Source: Octopus sinensis
Taxonomy: Eukaryota
NCBI RefSeq assembly: GCF_006345805.1
Contig: NC_043021.1
Location: 12,648,001-12,712,000 of the forward strand
DNA length: 64,000 nucleotides
Direction of reading: 5' to 3'
Shown: in pieces, positions 34,736-48,455 of the stretch
Position numbering within the stretch: position 1 is the stretch's first letter
How the letters are laid out: each line of letters opens with the position of its first letter
Position numbers and translations under genes: made by a program
Notes under the pieces: model-generated
Databases searched by the model: none
What the model saw: only the letters and a program-made list of their open reading frames with translations
What the model was told of the DNA's origin: nothing

Positions 34736-37290
34736 CTGAAAAACATTTAAAAAAAAAAATCACACGTAAAAACAACAACAAAAACCATTTAAGCAAAACC
34801 AAATTATATATTCCAAAAAATCAATGGAAACTGCAGTTGTGATCCCTGTGCCGGTGGCATGTAAAAAGCACCATCCGAACATGGCGGATGCCAGTGCCGC
34901 CTAGACTGGCTTCAGTACCGGTGGCACGTAAAAAGCACCATCCGAACGTGGCTGATGCCAGCGCCGCCTTGACTGGCTACTGTGCTGGTGGCACATAAAA
35001 AGCACCAATCCGATCGTGGCCATTGCCAGCCTCACCTGGCACCTGTGCCAGTGGCATGTAAAAAGAACCCACTACACTCACAGAGTGGTTGGCGTTAGGA
35101 AGGGCATCGAGCTGTAGAAAGACTGCCAGATCAGACTGGTGCCTGGTGCAGCCTTCTGGCTTCCCAGATCCCCGGTCGAACCGTCCAACCCATGCTAGCA
35201 TGGAGAACAGACGTTAAACGATGATGATGATGATGATGATTAAATAAGAATTAGAAGCAGTGCTAGTATTATAAATATTATGGAACACGCAATACTTGTA
35301 AACCAGCAGGCTGTAATTTAGAGAATCCAGTTCAACAGTAGGCTCTGATTTAGCATGTCCAGTTTGTCCCCAGTGCGGTTCAGATAGATGACATTGATAA
35401 TTGATAAGCACAAAAGTGATGAAACGTCAATACCCATCACTTGGGATTTAGAGTGAGATGTCTGACCTGCCTATGACTTTCAGGTGTTTTATCACCTGGC
35501 GCTTTGGAAGAATCATCCCCACTGTGCTAAATCACAACCGACTGGTAATTAAACAAAGCACATACATTCGGTATGTGTTAACAATAATGATAATTATGTT
35601 AACCCTTTTGTTACTGTATTTCTGTTGAGGTGCTCTGTGTTTCTTTCAATTATTTTAAATATAACAAAGAATTTAGTAAGATTACTTAGTCATCATTCAG
35701 CTAGTGTTAGGAACATAAATTGCAACTAAGGTTTGGTGGTATATTTTAATGAAAAACTAATGAAAACAAGACATTTATACTACAGAGCCAGAGCCAGTTT
35801 TGGCTAGGTTGGTAACGAAAGGGTTAAATTATATAAGGCACAGGAGTGGCTGTGTGGTAAGTAGCTTGCTTACGAACCACATGCATATTTACACACAATC
35901 CACCTACAAACTAAACATTAAGAATATTCCAATCAGCATCAACAAAAAGGACAAGTGCTGTATTCTTTGATAAAGAGTACCATAGTGCTAAAATATAGCC
36001 AATACCAAAAAAACAATTAAGTATTCACCACTACCATCTAGAGAAAATGTTTACATGGTATAACCCACCATATGGCATTGGTGTAAAAACCAATTGATAT
36101 AAAATGTTTCTTTCACTCATCAGAAAACATTTCCTGGGACAGTCATAAAATTTCACAAGCTTTTTAATAGGCAGAGTATTAAGGTGAGTCAAAACTAGAT
36201 GAGCCCTTCAAGCAGCTAAACAATACACTTGTAGTATCTAGTCTAGTCCAGTATGGGGAAATGTGCTGCAACAATGCATCACTGCATCTACTATTTGTTG
36301 ATGATTGCATAATCCTGGTGGATGACACTTTTGCACCACCCGTGTAACAACCTCCGACCCATGGGTATCTTTTGTGGGTAATCATTGCTGGTGAGAGTTT
36401 TACAAGGCTGGAATGCAAATCCTGCCTCAACCTCATTTAGTCACCTTTCACAACATGCAGAGGAAAGTTGGGTCTCTTCTTTGACATGCCAATCCCCAGG
36501 CAGCACAAGATCAACATGAAATGAAGAGTCTTGCTCAAGAACACAATATGCCACCTGGTCCAGGAATTGAACCCACAATGCAATACCCTAGCCACTACAC
36601 TACATGCCTTTACAGTCTACTCATACATAACCAAACATCATCAGGCATATTCTGATCAGAATCAGTGAAAAGTTGAATGCCACACTCTCTGATGAAGAAT
36701 ACAATAGTAAAGCACTAAAATATGGCTAATGGGACCTGTGGTGTCGGTGGAGAGGACGACAGATAAGGGAGGGCGGAAGTGGGGATTGCAGGGGCTGGTG
36801 GAAGACTGGAGGGTGCATGTGCGGCGGGAAGCGGAAGCGGTCAAGCAGCACGCACGTGGGGCGATCAACGAAGCCGGCAGTTCGAGCTGAGACGAGGAAG
36901 CGACTGGACGCGCCGAGTTTGGTGAGAGACCTGATCTTCGCCGAGGTAAGACCTGTTTATATTTCCTTCTCTTTCTGTTGTCCTCTTCATCCGTCACACT
37001 ACAGGACCATTTGCTACAGAAATGCACAAGAGGTTGTGCACTGCTGGGTCATATAACCTCATTTGATTTACAAATGGTTGTGTTGTGGGCTCAGGGATAT
37101 TGAAGCACCTGTACCAGTGCCATGTAAACGCATACATTCTGGTTCTGCATAAGCACACCCAATATGCTCTGTAAAGTGGTTGGCATTAGGAAGGGCATTT
37201 AGCCTTGGAAACTATACCAAAATAGATGTGGGGCCTGGGCAGGTCTTGTCAATCTGTTCAACCCATGCTAGAATGGAAAACAAACATTAA

Positions 37291-37339
<49 letters not shown>

Positions 37340-40300
37340 GCATTGCAGGGTCATGTGACCCACTTTGATTTGGTTTACAAAATGCTGTACCTGCATCTGT
37401 TGACAAGACTCGATTTGCCTTGCTTTTAAAATCTTCAAAGATCTTCTCTCGTTTTCTAACCATTCTTCGGCCCTCTTACGATCTGAGCGATATGCTTGTA
37501 CTTTCATTTCCTTTAGTAACTGACGATGGTTCAACAGTTCATCGGTCAAATATTTTACTGGATTTCTCTCGTTTCTTTATGGAAAGAAATAGAAAACAAT
37601 CCCAAAGTGATTCATATTCAGGGCTGGAGTAAGAGGTTTCTTGAGGGAGGAAAGAGGAAACAAAAAAAATCGGGTAAAAGGGGCTTCAGAGACTTTTTGT
37701 TTTTATAAATTAACTGATATTTTTTTTGTCTTTTATCTTTTACTTGCTTCAATCATTAGATTGTGGCCATGCTGGAGCACTGCCTTGAAGAATTTTTTTT
37801 TTAGTCAAATAAATTGCTCTCAGTGTTTTTTTTTATTTTAAAGTCCGGTACTTATTCTGTCAGTCCCTTTTGCCAAAGCGCTAAGTTATGGAAATGTAAA
37901 CAAACCAACACCCATTGTCAAGTGATGGTGGGGACAAATGCAGACACAAAGACATTACATATATGACAGGCTTCTTTCAGTTTCCATCAATCAAATCTAG
38001 TCACGACTTTGGTCGGCCCAAGACTGTAGTAGAAGACACTTGCCCAAGGTGCCACGCAATGGGACTGAACCTAAAATGTTTTTAGTTGTTTATTTTTGTT
38101 ATTCTTTTGTTTCTTTCAGTCACTGGGCTACAACCAAGCTGGAGCAGTACCTGGAAGGGTTTAGTGAAAGAAATTGACCTCAGGGCTTATTTCTTTTAAA
38201 TCTGATACTCTGGTTTTGGAAATTGGGCGTTTTTTAACATGCGCGTATAAGGGTGGAAATGAGCTCCTTAGCGGAGGTCTACACTCTCCGAGTACTTTTC
38301 TAGTTTGGATATATGATCCACTGATGATATGTTTATAAATAAAAATATATATATATATATATAGTGATGGTATGTTGTCGACTTAATGTAACAGTCCCAT
38401 GAAAGGGAAGAATGCTACTGCTATTTAGCCCTAGGAAACGGTATTTGTGCCTGAGTGGTTGGGCGCGTGAGTGTGCGTGTGTGCATGTGTGTGTGATTGT
38501 GTGGCTGTATGTGTCTGTGTATGAGTGCGCATGTACATGTGTGCATATGTGCCTCTGTGTGTGTGTATGTATATGTGTGTGTGTGCATGTTTGTGTATGT
38601 GCATGTGCATGTGTGTGTGTGTGTGGCTCTGTGTGTGTGTGTGGCTCTGTGTGTGTGTGTGTGGCTCTGTGTGTGTGTGTGGCTCTGTGTGTGTGTGTGT
38701 GGCTCTGTGTGTGTGTGTGGCTCTGTGTGTGTGTGTGTGGCTCTGTGTGTGTGTGTGTGCGCATGTGTGTGTATGTGCATGTTTGTGTATGTACATGTGT
38801 GTGTGTATGTGGCTCTGTGTGTGTGTGCATGTATGTGTGTGTGTATGTTGTATTTAACTTCCTCTTACTTCATAAAGGGAGATAGGTCAATTCGTGGTAC
38901 CCTGTCCTTTAGAAAGATGCTCGGGGGTTCAGTTGTCAGGGCACAGCTTTCCAGTACGCTGTCCAATAGCTCTTTGTCCACCTCGGTGGGTAATAGGTGA
39001 ATATTAAGATATCCTTGATGTGACTGATTGGCCTACAACAAAGACAGAAAGAGAGAGAGAGAGAGTTATGGTGAATCGATAAGGATTGTTTCTATTGAAA
39101 TAAATAACATCTGTTTGAAAGAACTCAATGAAAATAATGTAGTTTATATACAACAGAGTCGTGCTTGAGAAGAAGACCCATCCAGCCAAGTAAAATTGCA
39201 GTCGTGGCAGGTACAGGTGTTATGCAAATGGCACCTGTGCAGGTAGCATGTCAAAGTGGTCATTACATTCTCGGAGTGGTTGGCGTTAGGAAAGGCATCC
39301 AGCTATAGAAACCATGCGAGCTGGCAGAAACGTTAGCGTGCCAGGCGAAATGCTTAGTGGTATTACATCTGCCGTTACGTTCTGAGTTCAAATTCCGCCG
39401 AGGTCGACTTTGCCTTTCATCCTTTTGGGGTCGATAAATAAAGTACTAGTTTCGCACTGGGGTCGATATAATCAACTTAATCCCTATGTCTGTCCTTGTT
39501 TGTCCCCTCTATGTTTAGCCCCTTGTGGGCAGTAAAGAAATATATAGAAACCATGCCAAATCAGAATGGAATCTGGTGCAGCCTTCCAGTTTGCCAGCCC
39601 TGGTCAAACCATCCAACCCATGCCAGCATGGACAAGAGACATTATATGATGATGTGCATAGCTCACAGATGAGGGAGTCTCTGCAGGCTGGGCCACTACA
39701 ATTCCAATCTGTTAGTAGTACTAAAGAGTAAGATGTCCTGAAGATTGTTTCTAGGTGCCTGAACAAAATCAAGCCGACCTGTACCAGTCAGGGTATAGAT
39801 GGCCATTAGTCTAAAAGCACCCCTTCTCTGCCATTGATGTCTGGGACCACCAACACACCAACTGGGTCCAAGAAGAGTACTCATATTTGAAAGTTCAAGC
39901 ACTCTCACCTACCTTTCAAAAAACTTGCTCATAGACAGAGCCTCACCATCTACTCACGCCTTCCTTTTCAAATGTAACTTGAAATAGCTGATAAGAGCTT
40001 AGCCAAAGAAGAAACTGTTTGTTCTCAGACCTTCCAACCTCATCCAGTATACAACTTTTTTTGCAACAGCCAATAAACAGGGCGGCTGAGCAATCATCGC
40101 AATGGATTTGGCTAACCGTCAGATTCATCCCACCTACCAATTCCAACAAACTACAAGACTAGAAAACCTTGTAATCATTGAAATGGGTCCCATGGGTCCC
40201 AGGGAGTGTGCTCCAGAAATCCATATTTCACTAATGTTTGTTTGTTGTTTGTTCCTTCTCGAGCCATGCCTAGCTCATAAGGGCCAGTTTCCCAGTTTCC

Positions 40301-42500
40301 ATGGTGTATAGGTTCCCCACCTGGATGGGATGCCGGTCTGTTGCAGGTGAGCTGCAAGATGCAGGAGGAAAGAGTGAGAGAAAGTTGTGGCGAAGGAGTC
40401 AGCAGAAGTTTGCCATTACCTTCTGCCGGAGCCACGTGGAGCTTAGGCGTTTCGCTCATAAACACACACGTCGCCAGGTCTGAAATTCGAACCCGTGATC
40501 CCTCGACTGCGAGTCCGCTGCTCTAACCATTAGGCCATGTGCCTCCACACATCTCACTAATGGCTACCACATGTAAATTTACTGACCTGAGGTCATCGAG
40601 AAAGTGCATGTAATGATAATTATAATAATTGTTACAAATTTTGGTACAAGGCAAGCAGTTTTAGGGGAAGGGTGTTGGTTGCATCAACCCTGATGCTTAA
40701 CTGGTACTTCTCTTATCGAGCTCAGAAAATGTGAAAGACAAAGTTGATCTCAGCAGAATTGGAACTCAGAATATAAAGGGTCAGAAGAAATACTGGTAAG
40801 AATTTTCTCCAATATTCTTTCATTTTTTTACCTGTTTCAGCCATTTGACTGCGACCATGCTGGAGTATCACCTTAAGCCATTAGTGCCCAAATTTTTTTA
40901 TTTAATTTATTACCAAAAATCATTTAGCGGTTCGGCGAGAGAGACCGATAGAATAAGTACTAGGCTTACAAAGAATAAGTCCTGGGGTCGATGTGCTCGA
41001 CTAAAGGCGGTGCTCCAGTATGGTCGCAGTCAAATGACTGAAACAAATAAAAGAATAAAATGTCAGCTAGCAAGTGATATGCGTAGTCTGCCATAAAAAT
41101 GTTAAAATTCCTTACTTTAGCTGCTCTTCCAGGTTCTGCTTCTTCCCAAGCTTTCTTCATCTGGCGAATTTCTTCAGCTCTTGATTTGTCTCGTTTTATT
41201 TCAACCTGTTCCTAAAAAGTCCAAAAAAAAGAAAAGTAAAAAAGAAAAAAAAAATGTATAACCTCCAAGGAAATCTAAAAGCAATTAGCAATAAACAATA
41301 AAATATTTGTGAAGTATATTTACCACTTAAATGTGGCTAACCCTTAAGGGTGGATGCTACTGTTGCTTGTAGCCCCAGGAGGACACCTCCTCCAGCTGGC
41401 TATTGACACATTTTCTGTGCCCTATCAGTATTTGCAAAGGGAAGCCATCCTTCCCATCTTCAATCTGACATGATACACATGGACTCGAGTTTCTGGGTAT
41501 TGACCCGTCATCAGCGTGTGACAATCACCGATTGCCGATGAAAAGTGGGTCCCCAGTCGCAAATATATATCCTTTTCCCAGTGACGAAAAGTCACTGATA
41601 TTGAAAAAGTGTAAACAAGCAATAATAAATCTCTGAGCGAAGTATAAACAGTAGCTGCACGACAATGTGAAGTATATTTGCCACTTAATAAAATATTCCC
41701 TAACAAAAAGCCAGTGACGAAGACACTTGCTCTAACTGAATCTGTTTTTGTTGTCCAGCTTAACACCATTACTCGATCCTTTTATTCTTTTACTCTCTGA
41801 CTTGTTTCGGTTATGTGATGGTGGCCATGCTGGGGCACCACTTCGAGGGGGGTTTTAGTCAAACAAATTGAGCCCAGGACTTATTTTTAAGTCCTAGAAC
41901 TTGTTCTATTAGTACTCTGTCAGTTACAAGGACAGGGTTTCCAGTTGATTCAACCAACAGAACGGCCTGCTTGTGAAATTAATGTACAAGTGGCTGAGAG
42001 CTCCACAGATACATACTCTTAATGTTCTGGTGTCTATAATATATATGCCACTCTGTCGGTTATGACAATGAGGGTTTCAGTTGATTCAGCCAATGGAACG
42101 GCCTGCTCGTGAAATTAACGTGCATGTGGCTGAGTGCTCCTCGAACACATGTACCCTTAATGTAGTTCTTAGGGAGATTCAGTATGATACAGAGTGTGAC
42201 AAGGCTGGCCCATTGAATTACAGGTACAACTCATTCTTGCCAGCTGAGTGAAATGGAGCAATGTGAAATAAAGTGTCAAGAAGGCAATGCATCGCCAGGA
42301 ATTGAACTCACGACCTTAATATTGTGAGCCAAACACCCCAACCACTAAGCCACGTGCCTTCACTACATAGTCTTTCATTCTCTTACCTGTTTTAGTCATT
42401 TGACTGCAGCCATGGTAAACTGATAAGTTACAGGGATGTAAACACACCAACACTGGTTGCCAAGTGATGGTGGGGGTGCAGACACCCCCACATAAATATG

Positions 42501-42536
<36 letters not shown>

Positions 42537-43101
42537 TATTTGACATGGGCAATTCTTTCTTGTCTTGGGATTCACGGTCAAACGGCTAAATAGAATTGTG
42601 TGAAAAATTGCACAGATGTGTAGAATGATCCGGTGGTGTTGCTGGGCTTGGGATTTTTTCATAGCTCCTATGGTTACCGAGATAATCTACTATAATGATA
42701 CTCGTGTGTTTATGAATGAGAAAGGAAGGGGTGATGTCATACTTGGTAGTGGGATGATGAAAATTGTAATGCTAATATATATATATATATATATCATCAT
42801 CATCATCATCATCATTATTTAGCGTCCGCTTTCCATGCTAGCATGGGTTGGACGGTTCAACTGGGGTCTGTGAAGCTGGAAGGCTTCGTCAGGCCCAGTC
42901 AGATCTGATATAATTTTAAAAATGGGTCAGGTGTGGCTGTGTGGTAAGAAGCTTGCTCCCCAACCATATGGTTCCAGGTTCAGTCCCACTGCATGGCACT
43001 TTGAACATATGTCTTCTGCTATAGTCTCAAACAAGCCCATAGGCTTGTGAATGGATTGGTAGATCAAAACTGAAAGAAGCCTGTCATGTGTTATATATAT
43101 A

Positions 43102-43153
<52 letters not shown>

Positions 43154-44815
43154 TCATCATCATCATCATCATCATTTAACGTCCGCTTTCCATGCTAGCA
43201 TGGGTTGGACGGTTCAACTGGTGTCTGGGGAGCCCGAAGGCTGCACCAGGCCAGTCAGATCTGGCAGTGTTTCTACAGCTGGATGCCCTTCCTAACGCCG
43301 ACCACTCCGAGAGTGTAGTGGGTGATTTTATGTGCCACCGACACAGGTGCCAGACGAGGCTGGCGAACGGCCACGCTCGGATGGTGTTTTTATGTGCCAC
43401 CAACACAGGTGCCAGACAAGGCTGGCAGACGACCACGCACGGATGGTGTTTTTTTTTATGTGCCACCGACACAGGTGCCAGACGAGGCTGGCGAACGACC
43501 ACGCTCGGATGGTGTTTTTATGTGCCACCGACACAGGTGCCAGACAAGGCTGGCAGACGACCACGCTCGGATGGTGTTTTTATGTGCCACCGACACAGGT
43601 GCCAGACGAGGCTGGCGAACGGCCACGCTCGGATGTGTTTTTTTATGTCCACCGACACAGGTGCCAGACAAGGCTAGCAGACGACCACGCTCGGATGGTG
43701 TTTTTATGTGCCACCGACACAGGTGCCAGACGAGGCTGGCGAACGGCCACGCTCGGATGGTGTTTTTATGTGCCACCGACACAAGTGCCAGACAAGGCTA
43801 GCAGACGACCACGCTCGGATGGTGTTTTTTTATGTGCCACCGACACAGGAGCCAGATTTGGCTGGCGATCGGCCACGATTGGGTGGTGATTGTTACGTGC
43901 CCACAGCATGGAGGCCAGTCGGTGCGGTACTGGCTACACCCACGTTCGGATGGTATTCTTGTGTGCCACCGGCACTGGTACCACAAAGATACAAATTCCA
44001 TTGATGTTCATCTATTTTGATTTTGTTTGATTTTCACTTGCCTCAACAGGTCTTCACAAGTGTCACAAGAAGGAAGGTATGCACAGGTGGACTGACTACG
44101 TCCTAGGTAGGGGCCACGGGTTATGGCCTGACTAGTCTTGCCGGGTCTTCTCACGCACAGCATACTTCCATAGGTCTCGGTCTCTAGTCATTTCCTTGGT
44201 GAGACCTAAAGTTCGTAGGTCGTGCTTCACCACTTCGTCCCAGGTTTTCCTGGGTCTATACCTCTTCCACAGGTTCCCTCAACTGCTAGGGTGTAGCACT
44301 TTTGCACACAACTATCTTCACCATTCTCGTCATATGACCATACCAGCGCAGCCGTCTCTCTTGCACACCACAACTGACGCTTCTTAGGTTCAACTTTTCT
44401 CTCAAGGTACTTACACTCTGACGATTATGAACACTGACATTACACATCCATCGGAGCATACTGGCTTCATTTCTTGCGAGCTTACGCATATCCTCAGCAG
44501 TCACGGCCCATGTTTCACTACCATGTAGCATGGCTGTACGTACACATGCATCATAAAGTCTGCCTTTTGTCACCAGCAGGGGTATATATATATTATAGAT
44601 ATAGTGTGAAATATAATGAATTTAATAAAATCAACAAATTTCACCTAGTAGTATTTCGGTATGGAAAAGGACCATATTCGGTAAAATTTATATAATTATA
44701 ATAATATGGGTTTTTTGCAACAAGTTGCTTAAACCACATACTGAAAATATTAGAAATATTTCTAATATTTTCGGTATGTGGTTTAAGCAACTTGTTGCAA
44801 AAACCCATATTATTA

Positions 44816-44870
<55 letters not shown>

Positions 44871-45669
44871 GACAGGCTTCTTTCAGTTTTGATCTACCAA
44901 TCCATTCACAAGCCTTGGGCTTGTTTGAGACTATAGCAGAAGACATATGTTCAAAGTGCCATGCAGTGGGACTGAACCTGGAACCATATGGTTGGGGAGC
45001 AAGCTTCTTACCACACAGCCACACCTGACCCATTTTGAAAATTATTTATCATGTCTGGAATGTTACTTACAGCACAATCTGGGTCAGATACAAAGCGTAG
45101 TAGCCAGTGTGGACGGGAGGAATCGAACTGGAGTGAGGCTGGACGAGCTTCCTTTGGCTCTTTCGTTTCTTTTCCACTTCTAATTTTATTGGATTTTGGT
45201 TTCGAGGAATGGTTGGCTGGTTTTTCTACTTTCAGGTTGGGCGATGGTGTTTCACTCTCTTTGAATTCCACTGAAATAATAGAATAATAATAATAATAAT
45301 AATAAGAGAAGCAAAGATAATAGATGTTGCAGTATCAGGTGATTCGAGGGTGAAATGTAAGGAAACAGAAAAGATTGAGAAATACCAGCCACTGCGGGAC
45401 AAGATAGGGAAGTTATGGGGCATGAGGAAAGTAATGGTGATACCGGTTGTAATTGGGGCATTAGGAGCAGTTTCCAAGGGCTTTTAAAAACATATTTAGA
45501 ATACTGGAGCTGCTGTCTGGCTCGAGGTGATCCAGAACACAGCATTGTTGGGTACAGCTTGCATTCTAAGGAGACTATTGAAGGCACTACTTGAAATGTT
45601 TGGTGATTTGTTGTTGCCTGCTTTCAAGTAAAGAATAACTGGTAATTAAGAACTATCAGAGAGTCTTTC

Positions 45670-45712
<43 letters not shown>

Positions 45713-47873
45713 TAATAATAATAATTACATTACCCCCAGTACTTAACTGGTGCCTAATTTAATGACCCGGAAAAGATAAAAGGTAAAGTTGACCTCGGTG
45801 AAGTTTGAACTCAAAGCAAAAACAGATGAAATGCATCTAAGTGATAACGATTCTATCACCTTGCTACCTTAATCATAATAACCCTTTCTACTATAGGCAC
45901 AAGGCCTGAAATTTGATGGAGTGGGATAGACGATTACATCGACCCCAGTGCTCAGCTGGTATTTATTCAATCAACCCCAAAAGGATGAAAGGCAAAGTCA
46001 ACCTCAGCAGAATTTGAACTCAGAATGTAAGGACAGTCAAAATACCACTAAGCATTTTCCCTGTCATACTAACAATTCTGCTAGCTCACTGCCTTAAGCT
46101 TTAATAATAATAATAATAATGATAACAGCAAGAGCACTCAGAGAGTACAAACCAGTGTCCTCTCAACAATTAGCCAGAGATGATTTTTTTAAAATTGAGA
46201 ATATCTGAAATAAACTTGACTGCTCTCACAAATGAGAATACTAAAAATGAACCTGATTGCTCTCAAAGATTAAGTAAAAAAAAAACGGAAAAATAATCCA
46301 GAATCCTTGTCCAGTACCAGAACAATCCCAAAATTTAATCAGTTTGTGCCAATCATGAAACCAAACATTCCTGAAAGTTTCATCCGAATCCATCCGGCAG
46401 TTCTTGAGATATCTTGTCAACAGACAAACAAAGAAACCAACAAACAAACACAACTGAAAACAATACCTCCACCTGCACTAAGGCAGAAGTAATAAGAATA
46501 ATAGTAATAATGGTTTCAAATATTGGCACAAGGCCAGTAATTTCTGGGGAATGATAAGACTTTTTACGATAATATGGTCTTTTACGATAATATGGTCTTT
46601 TATGATAATATGGTGAATCAGGTTAGTTAAAATTATACTACTAAAATGTAACCTTTTTGAACTTATAATTTTCTGTGTATATATATATAGATACAATACC
46701 AATATTCCTCTGAACTTTTTAATAATTCTTTCTGTAAACTGTTTTTAACATTTTCTTAAGAATGTATATATATATTGTAATCTTTGGTGCCCAATATTTT
46801 AATGAACTTGTTAAACTTTATATTTTCCCAAGATTTTCCCTTGTAAACTGTTTTTAACATGTTCTTGTTATTATCAAAGAATGTGTATATATATTGTAAT
46901 ATTTTGTGACAACCAGTACCTAACAAAACAAAGCTTTTACATGTTACTTTTGACAATCTCTTTCTAAAAAAGTGAAACCGGTCAAGTAAATAAACATCTT
47001 TTAAAATTGCATTTTCAAACCTTCTTTCATATATATATGTATATATATGTATGTATGTGTGTGTGTATATGTTTGTGTGTCTGTGTTTGTCCCAACATCA
47101 CTTGACAACTGATGCTGGTGTGTTTACATCCCGTAACTTAGCGGTTCAGCAAAAGAGACCAATAGAATAAGTACTAGGCTTACAAAGAATAAGTCCCAGG
47201 ATCAATTTGCTTGAGTATGGCCACAGTCAAAATGACTGAAATAAGTAAAAGAGTAAAAGAGTAGACAGTTGCTTACAGAAGTGCCGATCACTTAAAGTGG
47301 ATGGAACTTGTGGAAGAGGGAGTCCCAGGAAGACATGGGACTCAGCCTTACAAAGGAGATGACAAAGGATATTTAGTGCATTGCTGTACTCATGAAGATA
47401 TGACCACCACAGCAGAATTGGTACTGGTGCTGGAGTCACATAAAAAGCACTCATGCAGGTGCTACATTAGAAGCATTGGTGCTGGTGCCAGATAAAAAGC
47501 ATCCAATGCACTCTGTGGAATGGTTGGCACTAGGAAGGGCATCCAGCTGTAGGAACCATGCCAGAACAGACAATGGAGTCTTCTGTAGACCCTGACCTTA
47601 TCATCCAGCATTGAAAACTGACGTTAAATGGTGGTGATGATGATGATGATGATGATGAAGATGAAGAGGATAATAAAAGGCCAAATTGTTGGTGAATAGA
47701 TGAAAGAATTCTTCAATGAGGTACTTACTTCTCAATTCGTTACTTATGCTGCTTTTGGAAGCTTGGATAAACTGCCAGTCAATAGGGACAAGTGGCCACG
47801 AATCATGCAACACTGTCGCTCGTATTTTATACTTATGGTTCTGTAAAAAAAATAAAAATAAATAAATAAATAA

Positions 47874-47957
<84 letters not shown>

Positions 47958-48412
47958 GATATTAATAATAAGGCGAGGTGGCAGAATCGCTAGCATGCCA
48001 GGAAAAATGCTCAGCAGCAATTTGTCAATGTTCTGCCAAAGTTGAAATTGCCTTTCATCCTCTCAGGGTCGATAATTTAAGTACCAGTGAAACACTGGGG
48101 GTCGATGTAATCGACTAGTCCCCTCCCCACAAATTCCAGGCCTTGTGCCTTTAGTAGAAAGGATTCTTCTTCTTCTCATTATCATCATCATCATTGTTTA
48201 ACATCTGTTTCCATGCTAGCATGGGTTGGATGGTTCGACCGGGATCCAGGAAGCCAGAAGGCTGCACCAGGCCCCAGTCTGATCTGGCAGAGTTTCTACA
48301 GCTGGATGCCCTTCCTAATGCCAACCACTCCGTGAGTGTAGTGGGTGCTTTTTACATGCCACTGGCATCATCAAAGTTGAAATTGCCTTTCATCCTCTCA
48401 TCATTATTATTG

Positions 48413-48455
<43 letters not shown>

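Noticed and set aside
36260-36330. [11 protein letters not shown] resembling an RT FADD motif
   Set aside because: Too short and degenerate to call; possibly an old LINE fragment.
38333-39000. Long HT/CV-rich ORFs here and at 24564-25055, 33954-34385 and 60954-61390
   Set aside because: Translations of micro- or minisatellites.
43327-43980. CRISPR-like repeat-spacer appearance
   Set aside because: The 'spacers' are two related alternating variants, the context is eukaryotic, there are no cas genes, and the array is part of an RTE 3' UTR.
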